Source: Deinococcus sp. (GTDB lineage Bacteria; Deinococcota; Deinococci; Deinococcales; Deinococcaceae). Taken from it: a stretch of 64,000 bases of DNA. Position 1 is the first letter of the stretch, and every line of letters starts with the position of its first letter. Shown here in pieces: positions 32,593-43,157 of the stretch. The stretch covers positions 2,272,001 to 2,336,000 of the forward strand of contig OZ253375.1 in assembly GCA_965261005.1 (NCBI GenBank), read 5' to 3'. The notes beneath the pieces are model-generated. The model searched no databases. It worked only from the letters and a program-made list of their open reading frames with translations, and was not told where the DNA came from. Both the position numbers and the translations under genes were made by a program.

Positions 32593-34422
32593 GTGAAAAA
32601 GTTCGAGCGCCTGAAGTACGTTCTAGACGTACTGCTCTGGACCCTGGCCGCTCCCTTCGCGTTCTGGTTGCGCGTTGGCGAATCTCCTCTAGACGAGTGG
32701 CGACACATGATGTTGTACGGATTGGGTGGCCTGCTGTTCAAGGCCAGCTTGGTGCTGTATTACCGGCTGCCCCAGCAAGCTTGGGGGCGAGTTGGCGTGC
32801 GTGATCTGTATATCCTCGCCAGGGCGGTGGCCACTGGCACGCTGACGCTGCTCGCCGCCAGCTTTCTGCTCACCCCGCTGCTGTTCGTGCCGCGCAGTCT
32901 GCCCATTATCGAGGGCGCCATTGCCCTGCTGCTGCTGGGCGGCGCGCGCGTGATCACGCGTACTTACAACGAGGGCCAGCGCCGCGGCTCCACCTTGAAT
33001 TCACGCCGTGTGCTGATCGTTGGGGCGGGGGAGGCGGGAACGCTTATTGCGCGCGAGATGCTGCGCCATCCCGAGGCGGGCCTCTTGCCGGTGGGCTTTC
33101 TCGACGACCGCGCCGACAAGCAGCGCCGCACCTTTGTGGGCTTGCCGGTCCTTGGCACGGTGACACAGCTGGTCGGCGTCGCGCATACGGCGAGGGCGAA
33201 CGAGGTGTTGATCGCGGTTCCGTCGGCGGCCGGACCGTTTGTGCGGCGGGTGGTGGACCTCGCGCGAGCGGCGGGCGTCGAGTACCGCATTATTCCCGGC
33301 ATGTTCGAAATTCTCAGCGGCCAAGTGTCCATGTCGCAGATTCGCAACGTGAACCTTGAAGACTTGCTGCGGCGCGAGCCGGTGCGCCTGAACACCGACG
33401 AGATCGCCGAGTACTTGCGCGGGCGGGTCGTGCTGGTCACGGGGGCGGGCGGCTCCATCGGCTCGGAGATCGTGCGCCAGATCGTGCGCTTCTCGCCGTC
33501 GTGCGTGCTGCTGCTCGGGCGCGGCGAAAACAGTATTTTTTCTATTCAGCAAGAGTTGCTGCGGGAATGGCCCGAGATCAAACAGGTCGCGCTGATCGGA
33601 GACGTCCGCGACCTTAGGCGGCTGCGGGCGGTGTTCGATACCTACCGCCCGGCGGTGGTCTTTCACGCGGCAGCCCACAAGCATGTGCCCCTGATGGAAC
33701 ACAACCCTTCCGAGGCGCTGCTCAACAACGTCGTCGGCACGCGCAACGTGGTGGACCTGTGTCTGGCCTACGGCGTGACGCGGTTGGTCAACATCTCCAC
33801 CGACAAGGCCGTGAACCCCACCTCGGTGATGGGCGCGACCAAGCGGATCGCCGAGATGATCGTCTCGTCGGCCGCGCAGCGGGCGCAGCCCCACCAAGCC
33901 TTTGTGTCGGTACGCTTCGGCAACGTCCTCGGCAGCCGGGGCAGCGTCGTGCCGATGTTCATGGACCAAATTCGCGCGGGCGGGCCGGTCACGGTCACGC
34001 ACCCCGAGATGCGCCGCTACTTCATGACCATTCCTGAGGCGGCGCGTCTCGTGTTGCAAGCGGGCGGCCTGGCTGAAAATGGCAAGGTTTACGTGCTGAA
34101 CATGGGTGAGCCGGTGCGCATCTCCGACCTCGCGCGCGACTTGATCCGCTTGTCGGGCGCCAGGGACATCGACGTGGTGTACAGCGGCACCCGGCCCGGC
34201 GAAAAGCTGTACGAGGAACTGCTGACCACCGGCGAACACGCGGGCGCCACCAGCCACCAGGAAATCTTCACGGCGCAACTGGAGCGCGTCGAGGCGGCCT
34301 ACATTCAGGCGCGGGTGACCGAACTCGAACAGCTCGCCCGCGACGGACACGCGGCGCAGGCCCGCGCGGCGCTGCACGCCTTGATTCCGGAAAGCAAGTT
34401 GCAGGGCTACGGCGAAAGTTAG
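32593..34422 (+). CDS. CapD/PglF-type UDP-sugar 4,6-dehydratase
   Basis: N-terminal TMs, GAGEAG, TGAGGSIGSE, HAAAHKHVP, STDKAV, RFGNVLGS, GEKLYEEL. Confidence 0.92.
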   Translation: MKKFERLKYVLDVLLWTLAAPFAFWLRVGESPLDEWRHMMLYGLGGLLFKASLVLYYRLPQQAWGRVGVRDLYILARAVATGTLTLLAASFLLTPLLFVPRSLPIIEGAIALLLLGGARVITRTYNEGQRRGSTLNSRRVLIVGAGEAGTLIAREMLRHPEAGLLPVGFLDDRADKQRRTFVGLPVLGTVTQLVGVAHTARANEVLIAVPSAAGPFVRRVVDLARAAGVEYRIIPGMFEILSGQVSMSQIRNVNLEDLLRREPVRLNTDEIAEYLRGRVVLVTGAGGSIGSEIVRQIVRFSPSCVLLLGRGENSIFSIQQELLREWPEIKQVALIGDVRDLRRLRAVFDTYRPAVVFHAAAHKHVPLMEHNPSEALLNNVVGTRNVVDLCLAYGVTRLVNISTDKAVNPTSVMGATKRIAEMIVSSAAQRAQPHQAFVSVRFGNVLGSRGSVVPMFMDQIRAGGPVTVTHPEMRRYFMTIPEAARLVLQAGGLAENGKVYVLNMGEPVRISDLARDLIRLSGARDIDVVYSGTRPGEKLYEELLTTGEHAGATSHQEIFTAQLERVEAAYIQARVTELEQLARDGHAAQARAALHALIPESKLQGYGES

Positions 34423-35246
34423 GGCTGAGCATCGGCGAGCGGCCGGAACGTCAGGCCGTCTATCAACAGGTTTCGGTCGGCGAGTTCGCGGTAGTAGCCG
34501 TTGGTATAGGCGAGGCTCACCGTCCCGGCGCCAGGAATCGGCACGTTGTGGTGTTGCTGGCCGCGCACCTCCCGCGAAAAGAGCTGCCGCCCCCCCTGCG
34601 TGATCTCGACGTGGGGGCCGAGACCACCGCCCACCTTGCCGAGCAGATCGAGGCGCGCCACGCCCGCGCCGCAGGCGTCGAAGGTCAGGCGCGCCGTGGT
34701 GTAGAGCGCCCCGTCCTGACCGTGCCACACGCCCAAATTGGGGGAAACTCGCGCGTTTCGCGTGCCCTGCGGGCAGGCGGCGGCGCCCTGCAAGCTGAGG
34801 CGCGTGATGTAGAGGGTGCGCCCGTCCGCCACGTAGAGATCGTTGGGAAATGAGACGCGTAGCGTGCCCGCACGGGGCACCTTGAGACGCAGTATTTGCG
34901 GCCCACGAATTTCTGTCTGCGCGACGCGCTCGGCGTCCAGATTGACCAGCAGCAGCGCCCCCCATCCCCGCACCACTGGGGCATTCACTTTGAATGTCAA
35001 CTCCCCTGCCTGACAGACGGTCATGACCAGTGAGGCGACCGTGACAAGTTTGCCGGAGCGGCCGTTCCACGTTCCTGCCGGCTCTACGGACCAGGGAACC
35101 AAGTGCGGTGGCGCCGCCGAGCAAGCTGCCAGCGGGGCGCTGCTGGACATGGCGGGCGGGGCCGGCAGCTTGCCCAGGCTCAGCCAAGCGGCGCTTCCGG
35201 CAGCGAGCAGCGCGACCACGCCGATGAGGCCGGACGTCCTATTTAT
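34419..35246 (-). CDS. Exported Cys-containing protein with two CBM60-like motifs
   Basis: Signal/anchor helix; FPNDLY..DGRTLYI and YTNGYY..ADRNLLID motifs; probable ATA start after GAGGTG. Confidence 0.6.
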   Translation of the reverse strand: MNRTSGLIGVVALLAAGSAAWLSLGKLPAPPAMSSSAPLAACSAAPPHLVPWSVEPAGTWNGRSGKLVTVASLVMTVCQAGELTFKVNAPVVRGWGALLLVNLDAERVAQTEIRGPQILRLKVPRAGTLRVSFPNDLYVADGRTLYITRLSLQGAAACPQGTRNARVSPNLGVWHGQDGALYTTARLTFDACGAGVARLDLLGKVGGGLGPHVEITQGGRQLFSREVRGQQHHNVPIPGAGTVSLAYTNGYYRELADRNLLIDGLTFRPLADAQP

Positions 35247-36775
35247 GGCGTCACCTCGATTGGCCACGAGACCTGTCCCAGCGGCTTGAGCATCCAGGGC
35301 GTATTTTCGCCGCGCAACAGGCGCAGTTCCAGGCGCGGCGGCGCCGGATTCGGCAGGTCGCCGCTCAGGGTCTGCGCGGTGACCTCGCCGCCGCGCTGGG
35401 TCAAGTTGACGACTTGCAGGGTACGGCAGCTTTCGCCGCAGGCCCGCAGTTGCAGCCGGTAGTCCCCCCGTGGCAGGCTCAGGCCAACCCGCGCGAAGTA
35501 TAGTGCACCCTGGCGCCACACCGTCGGGGCGACCAGGGCTTCCAGCCGGACGCCGGCGACTTGTTCGGGCCGCCCCAAATTGGCCCACAGCGGAAAGGCG
35601 CACACGGCCAGCAGCGCCGCCCCCCACCACGGCGCGGCGGCGAGGTCGGCCCCCTCGGCGTCCGCGAAGCTTATGCCCATCAAAATCCAAAACACCTCGG
35701 CGAAAAAGGGGCTGGGTAACAGCGTCACGTTGTCGGTCAGGTTAGCGATCAGCAGCCCGAAGACGGCGGCGGTGGCGAAGGGTTCGCGCCGCCGCCACGT
35801 AGCGTACGTAGCGGCCCCCAGCAGTGCGAAGAAACCGAGCGTACCGATCAGGCCGGTTTCGCCCGCCTGCTGCATAAAAACGTTGTGCGCGATGACCCAA
35901 ACGCCGTTGAGGTTATCCAAAAAGGCTGGGCAAGTGAAGCCCCTGGCTTGCAGCGCGTCGAACCAGGTGCAACTTGGGCTGGGCGGAATCAGGCGAGGCC
36001 CCAGCAGGTAGCTGCCGACGCCGCCCAAAGGGTAGTGCGCCATCACCGAGAGGGTGTCGCTCCAAATCACGTCGCGGCCGGTGGTGTCGAGGTTGACGAC
36101 CCGCGCGAGTACGCTGTTCTCGGCGACACCGGACCAAGCCAGGGCGAGGGTCAGGGCGACCAGCCCGCCGAGACCAAGCAGCAGCCGCCGCGAGTGAACG
36201 GCCAGGATCAGCAGCGCGCCGACCAGCGCCATCAGCATCGACCCGCGGCTGCCGCTGAGCAGCAGCGTCCCGAGGCCCAGCAGGCCCAGGGGTAGGCGCC
36301 AAGCGGGGCGTTTCCCGTGCGCGGCCAGCGCAATCCACCCCCCAAAGGCGCCGGCGATTCCGAGCGAGGTGGCCGTGTAGTACGGGTGCGTCAGGCGAAA
36401 CGAAAGGAGATCGCTGCCCACCAGATTGAGCGCGCCGAACAGCGCGACGGCGTACACCGCGACTAACCCAAAGGCCAGTGGGTACAGCCGCGCGGCTTGC
36501 CGCAGCCGCGCGCCCAGTCCAATCAACCCGAACATCAGCAGGGTGCGCGCGCCTGCCAGCGCGAGGGCCGGCCAGGGCTGCGGCGTCAGCAGGGACGCGA
36601 GAAGCTGCGTGGCGGCGTAGATGGCCAGCAGCCAGCGCACGGCCGAACTCAGGCGTGCGAGGTCGCGCAATCCGAGCAGCGCGAGCGGCGAGAGGACGGG
36701 TAGGGCGGGCAAGAGCGCCAGCCAAAGGCCCCACCACCTCTCGCTGCGAGCAGCTTTGACGGCAAAAAATGTCAC
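35243..36775 (-). CDS. O-antigen ligase / OTase family protein 2 with extra C-terminal domain
   Basis: SGSRG, TGRDVIW, IAHNVF, ETGLIG; paralogue of 19562-20749; GTG 7 nt after TAGACT. Confidence 0.82.
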   Translation of the reverse strand: MTFFAVKAARSERWWGLWLALLPALPVLSPLALLGLRDLARLSSAVRWLLAIYAATQLLASLLTPQPWPALALAGARTLLMFGLIGLGARLRQAARLYPLAFGLVAVYAVALFGALNLVGSDLLSFRLTHPYYTATSLGIAGAFGGWIALAAHGKRPAWRLPLGLLGLGTLLLSGSRGSMLMALVGALLILAVHSRRLLLGLGGLVALTLALAWSGVAENSVLARVVNLDTTGRDVIWSDTLSVMAHYPLGGVGSYLLGPRLIPPSPSCTWFDALQARGFTCPAFLDNLNGVWVIAHNVFMQQAGETGLIGTLGFFALLGAATYATWRRREPFATAAVFGLLIANLTDNVTLLPSPFFAEVFWILMGISFADAEGADLAAAPWWGAALLAVCAFPLWANLGRPEQVAGVRLEALVAPTVWRQGALYFARVGLSLPRGDYRLQLRACGESCRTLQVVNLTQRGGEVTAQTLSGDLPNPAPPRLELRLLRGENTPWMLKPLGQVSWPIEVTP

Positions 36776-36803
36776 GCCCGGCAGTCTAGCGCCCGTGACG
36801 TGA

Positions 36804-36836
36804 AGAAAAGAAAAATTCCCGCTTGGGCGGGAATTT
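36804..36836 (-). terminator. tRNA-Glu terminator
   Basis: AAATTCCCGC-CCAA-GCGGGAATTT followed by a T-rich tract on the minus strand. Confidence 0.85.
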
Positions 36837-36912
<76 letters not shown>

Positions 36913-36961
36913 AGAGGTCTGGCCGCCACGCTGCAAGAGTGCAGCCGTTGGGCACGGGGGA

Positions 36962-36990
36962 ATGATAGCGGGCGCGGGGGGGGGCGTCAA
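36962..36990 (-). promoter_or_regulatory. SigA-type promoter of tRNA-Glu
   Basis: TTGACG-N17-TATCAT. Confidence 0.8.
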
Positions 36991-37013
36991 CACGCCGCCC
37001 GCGCCCCCACAAT

Positions 37014-38420
37014 TCAGGCGTGAATGGTCCGCTTTTCCACGCCCAGGGCCGCCTCCTTAACCACCTCGGACAGGGTGGGATGGGCGTGGACGGTGCGGCC
37101 CAAATCTTCCGAGCTGCCGCCGAACTCCATCACGGCGACCGTCTCGCCGATCAGTTCCGAGACGCCGGGACCGATCATGTGGACGCCCAGAATACGGTCG
37201 GTCCCCGCGTCGGCCACGATCTTGACGAAGCCCCGGGTGTCGCCGTGCCCCGCCGCGCGCCCGTTGGCGCTGAAGGGGAACTGGCCGGTCTTGACCTCCA
37301 ACCCCTGCTCTTTCGCCTGCGCCTCGGTCAGGCCCGCCCAAGCGATTTCGGGCGAGGTGTAGATCACCCACGGCACCACGTCGTAGTTGACGTGGCCCGC
37401 CTGGCCCGCGATCAGCTCGGCCACCGCCACGCCCTCCTCCTCGGCCTTGTGGGCCAGCATGGCGCCGCCGATCACGTCGCCGACGGCGTAGACGTTCGGC
37501 AAGTTGGTCTGGTAGCGCCCGTCCACCTCGATAAAGCCGCGCCCGTCGAGCTTCAGGCCAACCTCCCCCACGCCCAGGCCCCGCGTGTTGGGCACCCGGC
37601 CGATGGCGACGATCAGCTTGTCAAACTCGGCCGCCTGCTTTTGCTCGCCGTCCAGGTACGTCACCGTGACGCCCTGACCCGTCTGCTCGACCCGCTCGAT
37701 CTTGACGCCGAAGTGAAAGTCGAGGCCCTGCTTCTGAAACTGCTTGAGCGCCTCCCTGCTGACGGCCGGGTCGGCGGCCTGTAAAAAGCCCGGCAGCGCC
37801 TCCAGCACCGTCACCCGCGCGCCCAAGCGGCGCCACACGCTGCCCAGCTCCACGCCGATCACGCCCGCCCCGACGATGCCGAGCCTTCCCGGCACCTCCG
37901 TAAAGGTCAGCGCGCCCGCGTTGTCCACGACATTGTCGCCAAAATCCACTCCCGGCAGGGGGCGCGGGTTGGCCCCCGTCGCCAGGATCACGTTCTTGGC
38001 GGCGACCTCCTGATCGCCCACGGCGACGATCCAGCTCTCGCCGTCTTGCCGCACCAAACGTCCGGTGCCGTGCAAGCTCGCCACCTTGTTCTTCTTGAAC
38101 AGGTAGCTCACGCCGCCGCTCATCTTGTCCACCACGGCCTCTTTGCGCGCCAGCATCTTGGCGAGGTCCATTTTGGCGCCCGCCACCTCGATGCCGTGCC
38201 CCGCGAGTTCGTCCTGGACCATCTCGAACTTCTCGCTGGAGTCGAGCAGCGCCTTGGAGGGAATGCAGCCCACGTTCAAACAGGTACCGCCCAAGCTGGG
38301 CTTGCCCTCCCGCTCGAAGTCGTCCACGCAGGCGGTCCCCAGGCCAAGCTGCGCCGCCCGAATGGCCGCCACGTACCCGGCCGGCCCGCCGCCGATCACC
38401 ACAACGTCATACGTATCCAC
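37014..38420 (-). CDS. lpdA: Dihydrolipoamide dehydrogenase
   Basis: [39 protein letters not shown] 7 nt after TACAAT. Confidence 0.95.
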   Translation of the reverse strand: MDTYDVVVIGGGPAGYVAAIRAAQLGLGTACVDDFEREGKPSLGGTCLNVGCIPSKALLDSSEKFEMVQDELAGHGIEVAGAKMDLAKMLARKEAVVDKMSGGVSYLFKKNKVASLHGTGRLVRQDGESWIVAVGDQEVAAKNVILATGANPRPLPGVDFGDNVVDNAGALTFTEVPGRLGIVGAGVIGVELGSVWRRLGARVTVLEALPGFLQAADPAVSREALKQFQKQGLDFHFGVKIERVEQTGQGVTVTYLDGEQKQAAEFDKLIVAIGRVPNTRGLGVGEVGLKLDGRGFIEVDGRYQTNLPNVYAVGDVIGGAMLAHKAEEEGVAVAELIAGQAGHVNYDVVPWVIYTSPEIAWAGLTEAQAKEQGLEVKTGQFPFSANGRAAGHGDTRGFVKIVADAGTDRILGVHMIGPGVSELIGETVAVMEFGGSSEDLGRTVHAHPTLSEVVKEAALGVEKRTIHA

Positions 38421-38501
38421 ACTGGGGATTGTAATGCTGAAGCGTGGCGTCAATAGGGCTGGGGGTCAGCATAGGGCGTTCGTTCGTATTACCCTGAGGA
38501 C

Positions 38502-39539
38502 ATGAAAGTTCTCGTAACGGGCGGCGCCGGCTACGTTGGCAGCGCGGTGTGTTCGGCCCTCGAAGACGCCGGGCACACGCCCATCGTGCTCGACTCGCTG
38601 GTCACGGGCAAGCGGGCCTTTACCTGCGGGCGAATCTTTTACGAGGGGGACATCGCCGACCGCGCCTTGCTGACGCAGTTGCTCAGCGAGCATCCTACTG
38701 TGGCCTGCACTATTCACTGTGCGGCCCTGATCGTGGTGCCCGAGTCGCTGAGCGAGCCATACCGTTACTACCACGAGAACGTCGTGAAGAGCCTGGAGCT
38801 GTTCAAGAACTTGGTGGACCTCGGCCAGACGCGCTTGGTGTTCAGCTCCAGCGCCAGCATCTACGGCGCTTCCGCAGACTTTTGCGTGACTGAGGACAGC
38901 CCGCTATACCCGCAAAGCCCCTACGCGCGCACGAAGTTCGTGATGGAGCTGATGCTGGAGGATCTCTGCCAGGCGACGCCCCTGCGCGCCATCGCCCTGC
39001 GCTACTTCAACCCCATTGGGACGGACCCGCAACTCCGCAGCGGGCTGCACGTGGAGGCGCCCTCGCACATACTGGGCAAGCTGGTGGACGTGGCGCGCGG
39101 ACGTCTGCCGCTGTTCGAGATCACCGGCACGGATTGGCCCACCCGCGACGGCAGCGGCATTCGCGATTACGTTCACCTGTGGGACCTCGCGCGGGCGCAT
39201 GTGCGGGCCGTCGAGGACTTCGATCAAGCTTTTGAACGCGCTCAGGCGCACGGCGTCGCGGGTAGCTACCTGGTGGTCAACCTTGGCACCGGCATTGGCG
39301 TGACGGTCAAGGAATTGGTGGCCGCCTTCGAACGGGTGAGCGGCCAAGCGCTGCCCCAGCGTGAGGCGCCGCCGCGTCCCGGCGACGTGGTCGGCGCCTA
39401 CGCCAGCATCAAGCGCGCCCGCGACCTGCTGAACTGGACGCCACAGCTCACGACCGACGAGGCGATCAGCACGGCGCTGGCGTGGGACGAGCGCAAAGCG
39501 TGGGTGCTGGGCGAGGAGACGACCAGTCCCAACAGCTGA
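38502..39539 (+). CDS. galE: UDP-glucose 4-epimerase, second paralogue
   Basis: GGAGYVGS, FSSSASIYG, YARTK, LRYFNPIG, DGSGIRDY. Confidence 0.88.
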   Translation: MKVLVTGGAGYVGSAVCSALEDAGHTPIVLDSLVTGKRAFTCGRIFYEGDIADRALLTQLLSEHPTVACTIHCAALIVVPESLSEPYRYYHENVVKSLELFKNLVDLGQTRLVFSSSASIYGASADFCVTEDSPLYPQSPYARTKFVMELMLEDLCQATPLRAIALRYFNPIGTDPQLRSGLHVEAPSHILGKLVDVARGRLPLFEITGTDWPTRDGSGIRDYVHLWDLARAHVRAVEDFDQAFERAQAHGVAGSYLVVNLGTGIGVTVKELVAAFERVSGQALPQREAPPRPGDVVGAYASIKRARDLLNWTPQLTTDEAISTALAWDERKAWVLGEETTSPNS

Positions 39540-39542
39540 CCC

Positions 39543-40823
<1,281 letters not shown>

Positions 40824-40866
40824 GAGCTTCACTGTACAGCGCGCCGGCTGAGCTTCACCATGGCGC

Positions 40867-41070
40867 TCAGGCCTTTTTTAGCGCGTCCGCCGTGTGGGCC
40901 GCGCGCTTGCCGTCGTCCGTCTCGACGATGTAGCGGGGATCGTCCTTGCTCGCCTTGTAGTGGAAGCCCTCAATCTCGCCGTCCTCATGGGCCACCTTCA
41001 CGACCTTGCCCTCGGCCTCGCCGCCGTGGCTGTTCCACCTCACCTTGTCACCCTTTTTAAAATCACTCAT
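40867..41070 (-). CDS. DUF2945-like small protein
   Basis: [27 protein letters not shown]. Confidence 0.75.
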   Translation of the reverse strand: MSDFKKGDKVRWNSHGGEAEGKVVKVAHEDGEIEGFHYKASKDDPRYIVETDDGKRAAHTADALKKA

Positions 41071-41813
41071 GTCAGCGCTCCTTTCAGCGTGTGGCCGGTC
41101 CAGTGCAGCAAGTGCCTGGTCACCTCTTTCGGAATTTCCAGCGGCAGCAGGTGGCCGCTGCCCTCCAGGATCTCGTACTGCGCGCCGGCGAAGTACGGCA
41201 CCACCTGGCCCTCGATCACGTCCAGGCTCATCACCGGGTCCTGGCGCGAGGCGAGCAGCAGGGTCGGCACGTTGATCTGCCCCGCCTGCCCGCCGATGTC
41301 CTCGCGGCTGCCGGCGTCGAGCCAGGCGTTCCAGGCGGCTTGACTGGCGCGCAGCCCGTCCTGCACCAGGTTCTCGCGGTCGCGCTCATCCAAAGCTTCG
41401 CGGGTGATGCCCGCGTAGAAGTTTTCCAGCGCCTGCCTGTCGCCATACGCCGCGCGCAGCCTTTCGCGGCCCTCATTCGTCATCGGCTCGGGGGTCGGGG
41501 GCGAGGGGGCCACCAGCGCGAGGCCGATTAACCCCGGTGGGCGGCGGCTGGCCAGCGAGGCGGCCACCTTGGCGCCCATGGAGTGCCCGACCAGCACGAA
41601 GTCGTGGACGTGGGCGCGCCCGATGTCCCGCGCCACCGCGTCCGCCATCTGGGCGACGCCGTAGCCCGCTTGCCCCGCGCTGGCGCCGAAACCGGGCAAG
41701 TCGGGGTGCAGCGCGCGGGCGCCGCTGAGGTCCTCGGCGACGTGCCGCCACACCTGGCTGGACGTGCCGAAGCCGTGCAGCAGCACAAAGGTCGGTTCGG
41801 TGGGAAAGGTCAT
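41067..41813 (-). CDS. Alpha/beta hydrolase
   Basis: LLHGFG, DLPGFG, GHSMG nucleophile, GHLLPLE. Confidence 0.88.
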   Translation of the reverse strand: MTFPTEPTFVLLHGFGTSSQVWRHVAEDLSGARALHPDLPGFGASAGQAGYGVAQMADAVARDIGRAHVHDFVLVGHSMGAKVAASLASRRPPGLIGLALVAPSPPTPEPMTNEGRERLRAAYGDRQALENFYAGITREALDERDRENLVQDGLRASQAAWNAWLDAGSREDIGGQAGQINVPTLLLASRQDPVMSLDVIEGQVVPYFAGAQYEILEGSGHLLPLEIPKEVTRHLLHWTGHTLKGALT

Positions 41814-41894
41814 GCGTCATTTTCAGGGGCGCGGCGCAGAGGGCAGAGAGGGGAGGGCCAAGAAAGCTTGAGAATGGGATACAACAAAGGGCAG

Positions 41895-43091
41895 ATGCCC
41901 ATTCACAGCGACCTCGCCGCCGATCCCACGGCGCGCCTGCTGCCCAGCTACGTCGGGCGCGGCCTGCTCAACCTGAGCGCCTCGGTCGCCCAGCACCTCG
42001 GCCTGGACACCGGGCACGCTCCCTTCGTCCCGCCGCTGCCGTTTGACGGGGCCGAGACGGTCGTGCTGTTGGTGGTGGACGGCTTGGGTCACTTTCAGCT
42101 GAGGCGTCACCTCGAACGCGGCGATTTGCCCAATTTGGCGGGCTTGCTCAGCTCCGGCGAGGCCGGCTACAGCACCGCCACGGCCAGCCTGCCGTCCTCG
42201 ACCATGATCTCGCTGACCACCTTGCACACCGGCGCGTCCCCGGCCCAGCACGGCTGGCTGGGCACCTCCGTGTATTGGCGCGGGACGGTCGCGGACGTGC
42301 TGCGCCAGCGCGACCTGCTCGGGAACGCGCCGCTGGAGGACCCGCGCGGCCTGATCGCGGTTCCCTCGCTGTACCGCCGCCTGAGCGGCGTGGGCGTTGC
42401 CAGCGCGGTGCTGTTTCCGCGTGAGTACCAGGGCAGCTTTCTAAACACCTGGTACAACGACGGCGCGCGGACAATTCCTTACCTGACGCCCACGACGCTG
42501 CCGAGCTTGCTGGCTGAGGCGGTCGCGTCTGGACCATCCCGTTACCTGAACGCCTACTGGCCGGGCTACGACAGCGTCTGCCACCGTTACGGCCCGGATT
42601 CCGTACAGGCAACCGACGAGGTCGCGGCGGTGGACTCAGCCTTGGGGAGAATGCTCAAGCAACTTCCCAGGAACGGCAAGACGCTGCTGCTGATCACCGC
42701 CGACCACGGGCACAGCGACATGAATTCACATGAGGTCGTGCGGCTGGACGAGGACGCGGCCCTGGTGGACGCCCTGAGCGCGCCGCCCGCCGGCGAGGAG
42801 GGCGTGCGCTTTCTCAAGGTCAAACTGGGCCGGGCGGGGGAGGTGGCCGAGCGTCTGGCTCCTGACGCCGACGTGATCTCCAGCGCGAGAGCTTGGGAAA
42901 CCGGCCTGTTCGGCGGGCCACCCGCGCAGGCCGGGTTTCTGGAGCACACCGGCGACCTGATCGCCGTCGCCCATCCGGGGCGCCAGCTGCTGTGGGCCTA
43001 CGGCGAGGCGCCGCCCCACGTCTACCGGGGCTTGCACGGCAGCTGGTCGGCGCGGAACATGCTGACACCCGTGATCTCGCTGCGGGTATGA
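41895..43091 (+). CDS. Alkaline phosphatase superfamily / nucleotide pyrophosphatase-like protein
   Basis: LVVDGLG, PSST, DSVCH, TADHGH, GLHGS; start could be 41874. Confidence 0.82.
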   Translation: MPIHSDLAADPTARLLPSYVGRGLLNLSASVAQHLGLDTGHAPFVPPLPFDGAETVVLLVVDGLGHFQLRRHLERGDLPNLAGLLSSGEAGYSTATASLPSSTMISLTTLHTGASPAQHGWLGTSVYWRGTVADVLRQRDLLGNAPLEDPRGLIAVPSLYRRLSGVGVASAVLFPREYQGSFLNTWYNDGARTIPYLTPTTLPSLLAEAVASGPSRYLNAYWPGYDSVCHRYGPDSVQATDEVAAVDSALGRMLKQLPRNGKTLLLITADHGHSDMNSHEVVRLDEDAALVDALSAPPAGEEGVRFLKVKLGRAGEVAERLAPDADVISSARAWETGLFGGPPAQAGFLEHTGDLIAVAHPGRQLLWAYGEAPPHVYRGLHGSWSARNMLTPVISLRV

Positions 43092-43119
43092 CCGCGGGCA
43101 AGCGACCTCGGTCTTTTCA

Positions 43120-43155
43120 CCCTCCCCACCTGAGGGGGAGGGCCGGGGTGGGGGA
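43120..43155. repeat. REP-like palindrome between convergent genes
   Basis: CCCTCCCC-ACCTGAG-GGGGAGGG followed by CCGGGGTGGGGG; one copy in the window. Confidence 0.5.
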
Positions 43156-43157
43156 TC

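Noticed and set aside
33001..35187. Long antisense ORFs (e.g. 33001-35187, 4669-6732, 45718-47616, 53855-55702, 57174-58982)
   Set aside because: Shadow frames of recognisable high-GC genes, with no motifs of their own
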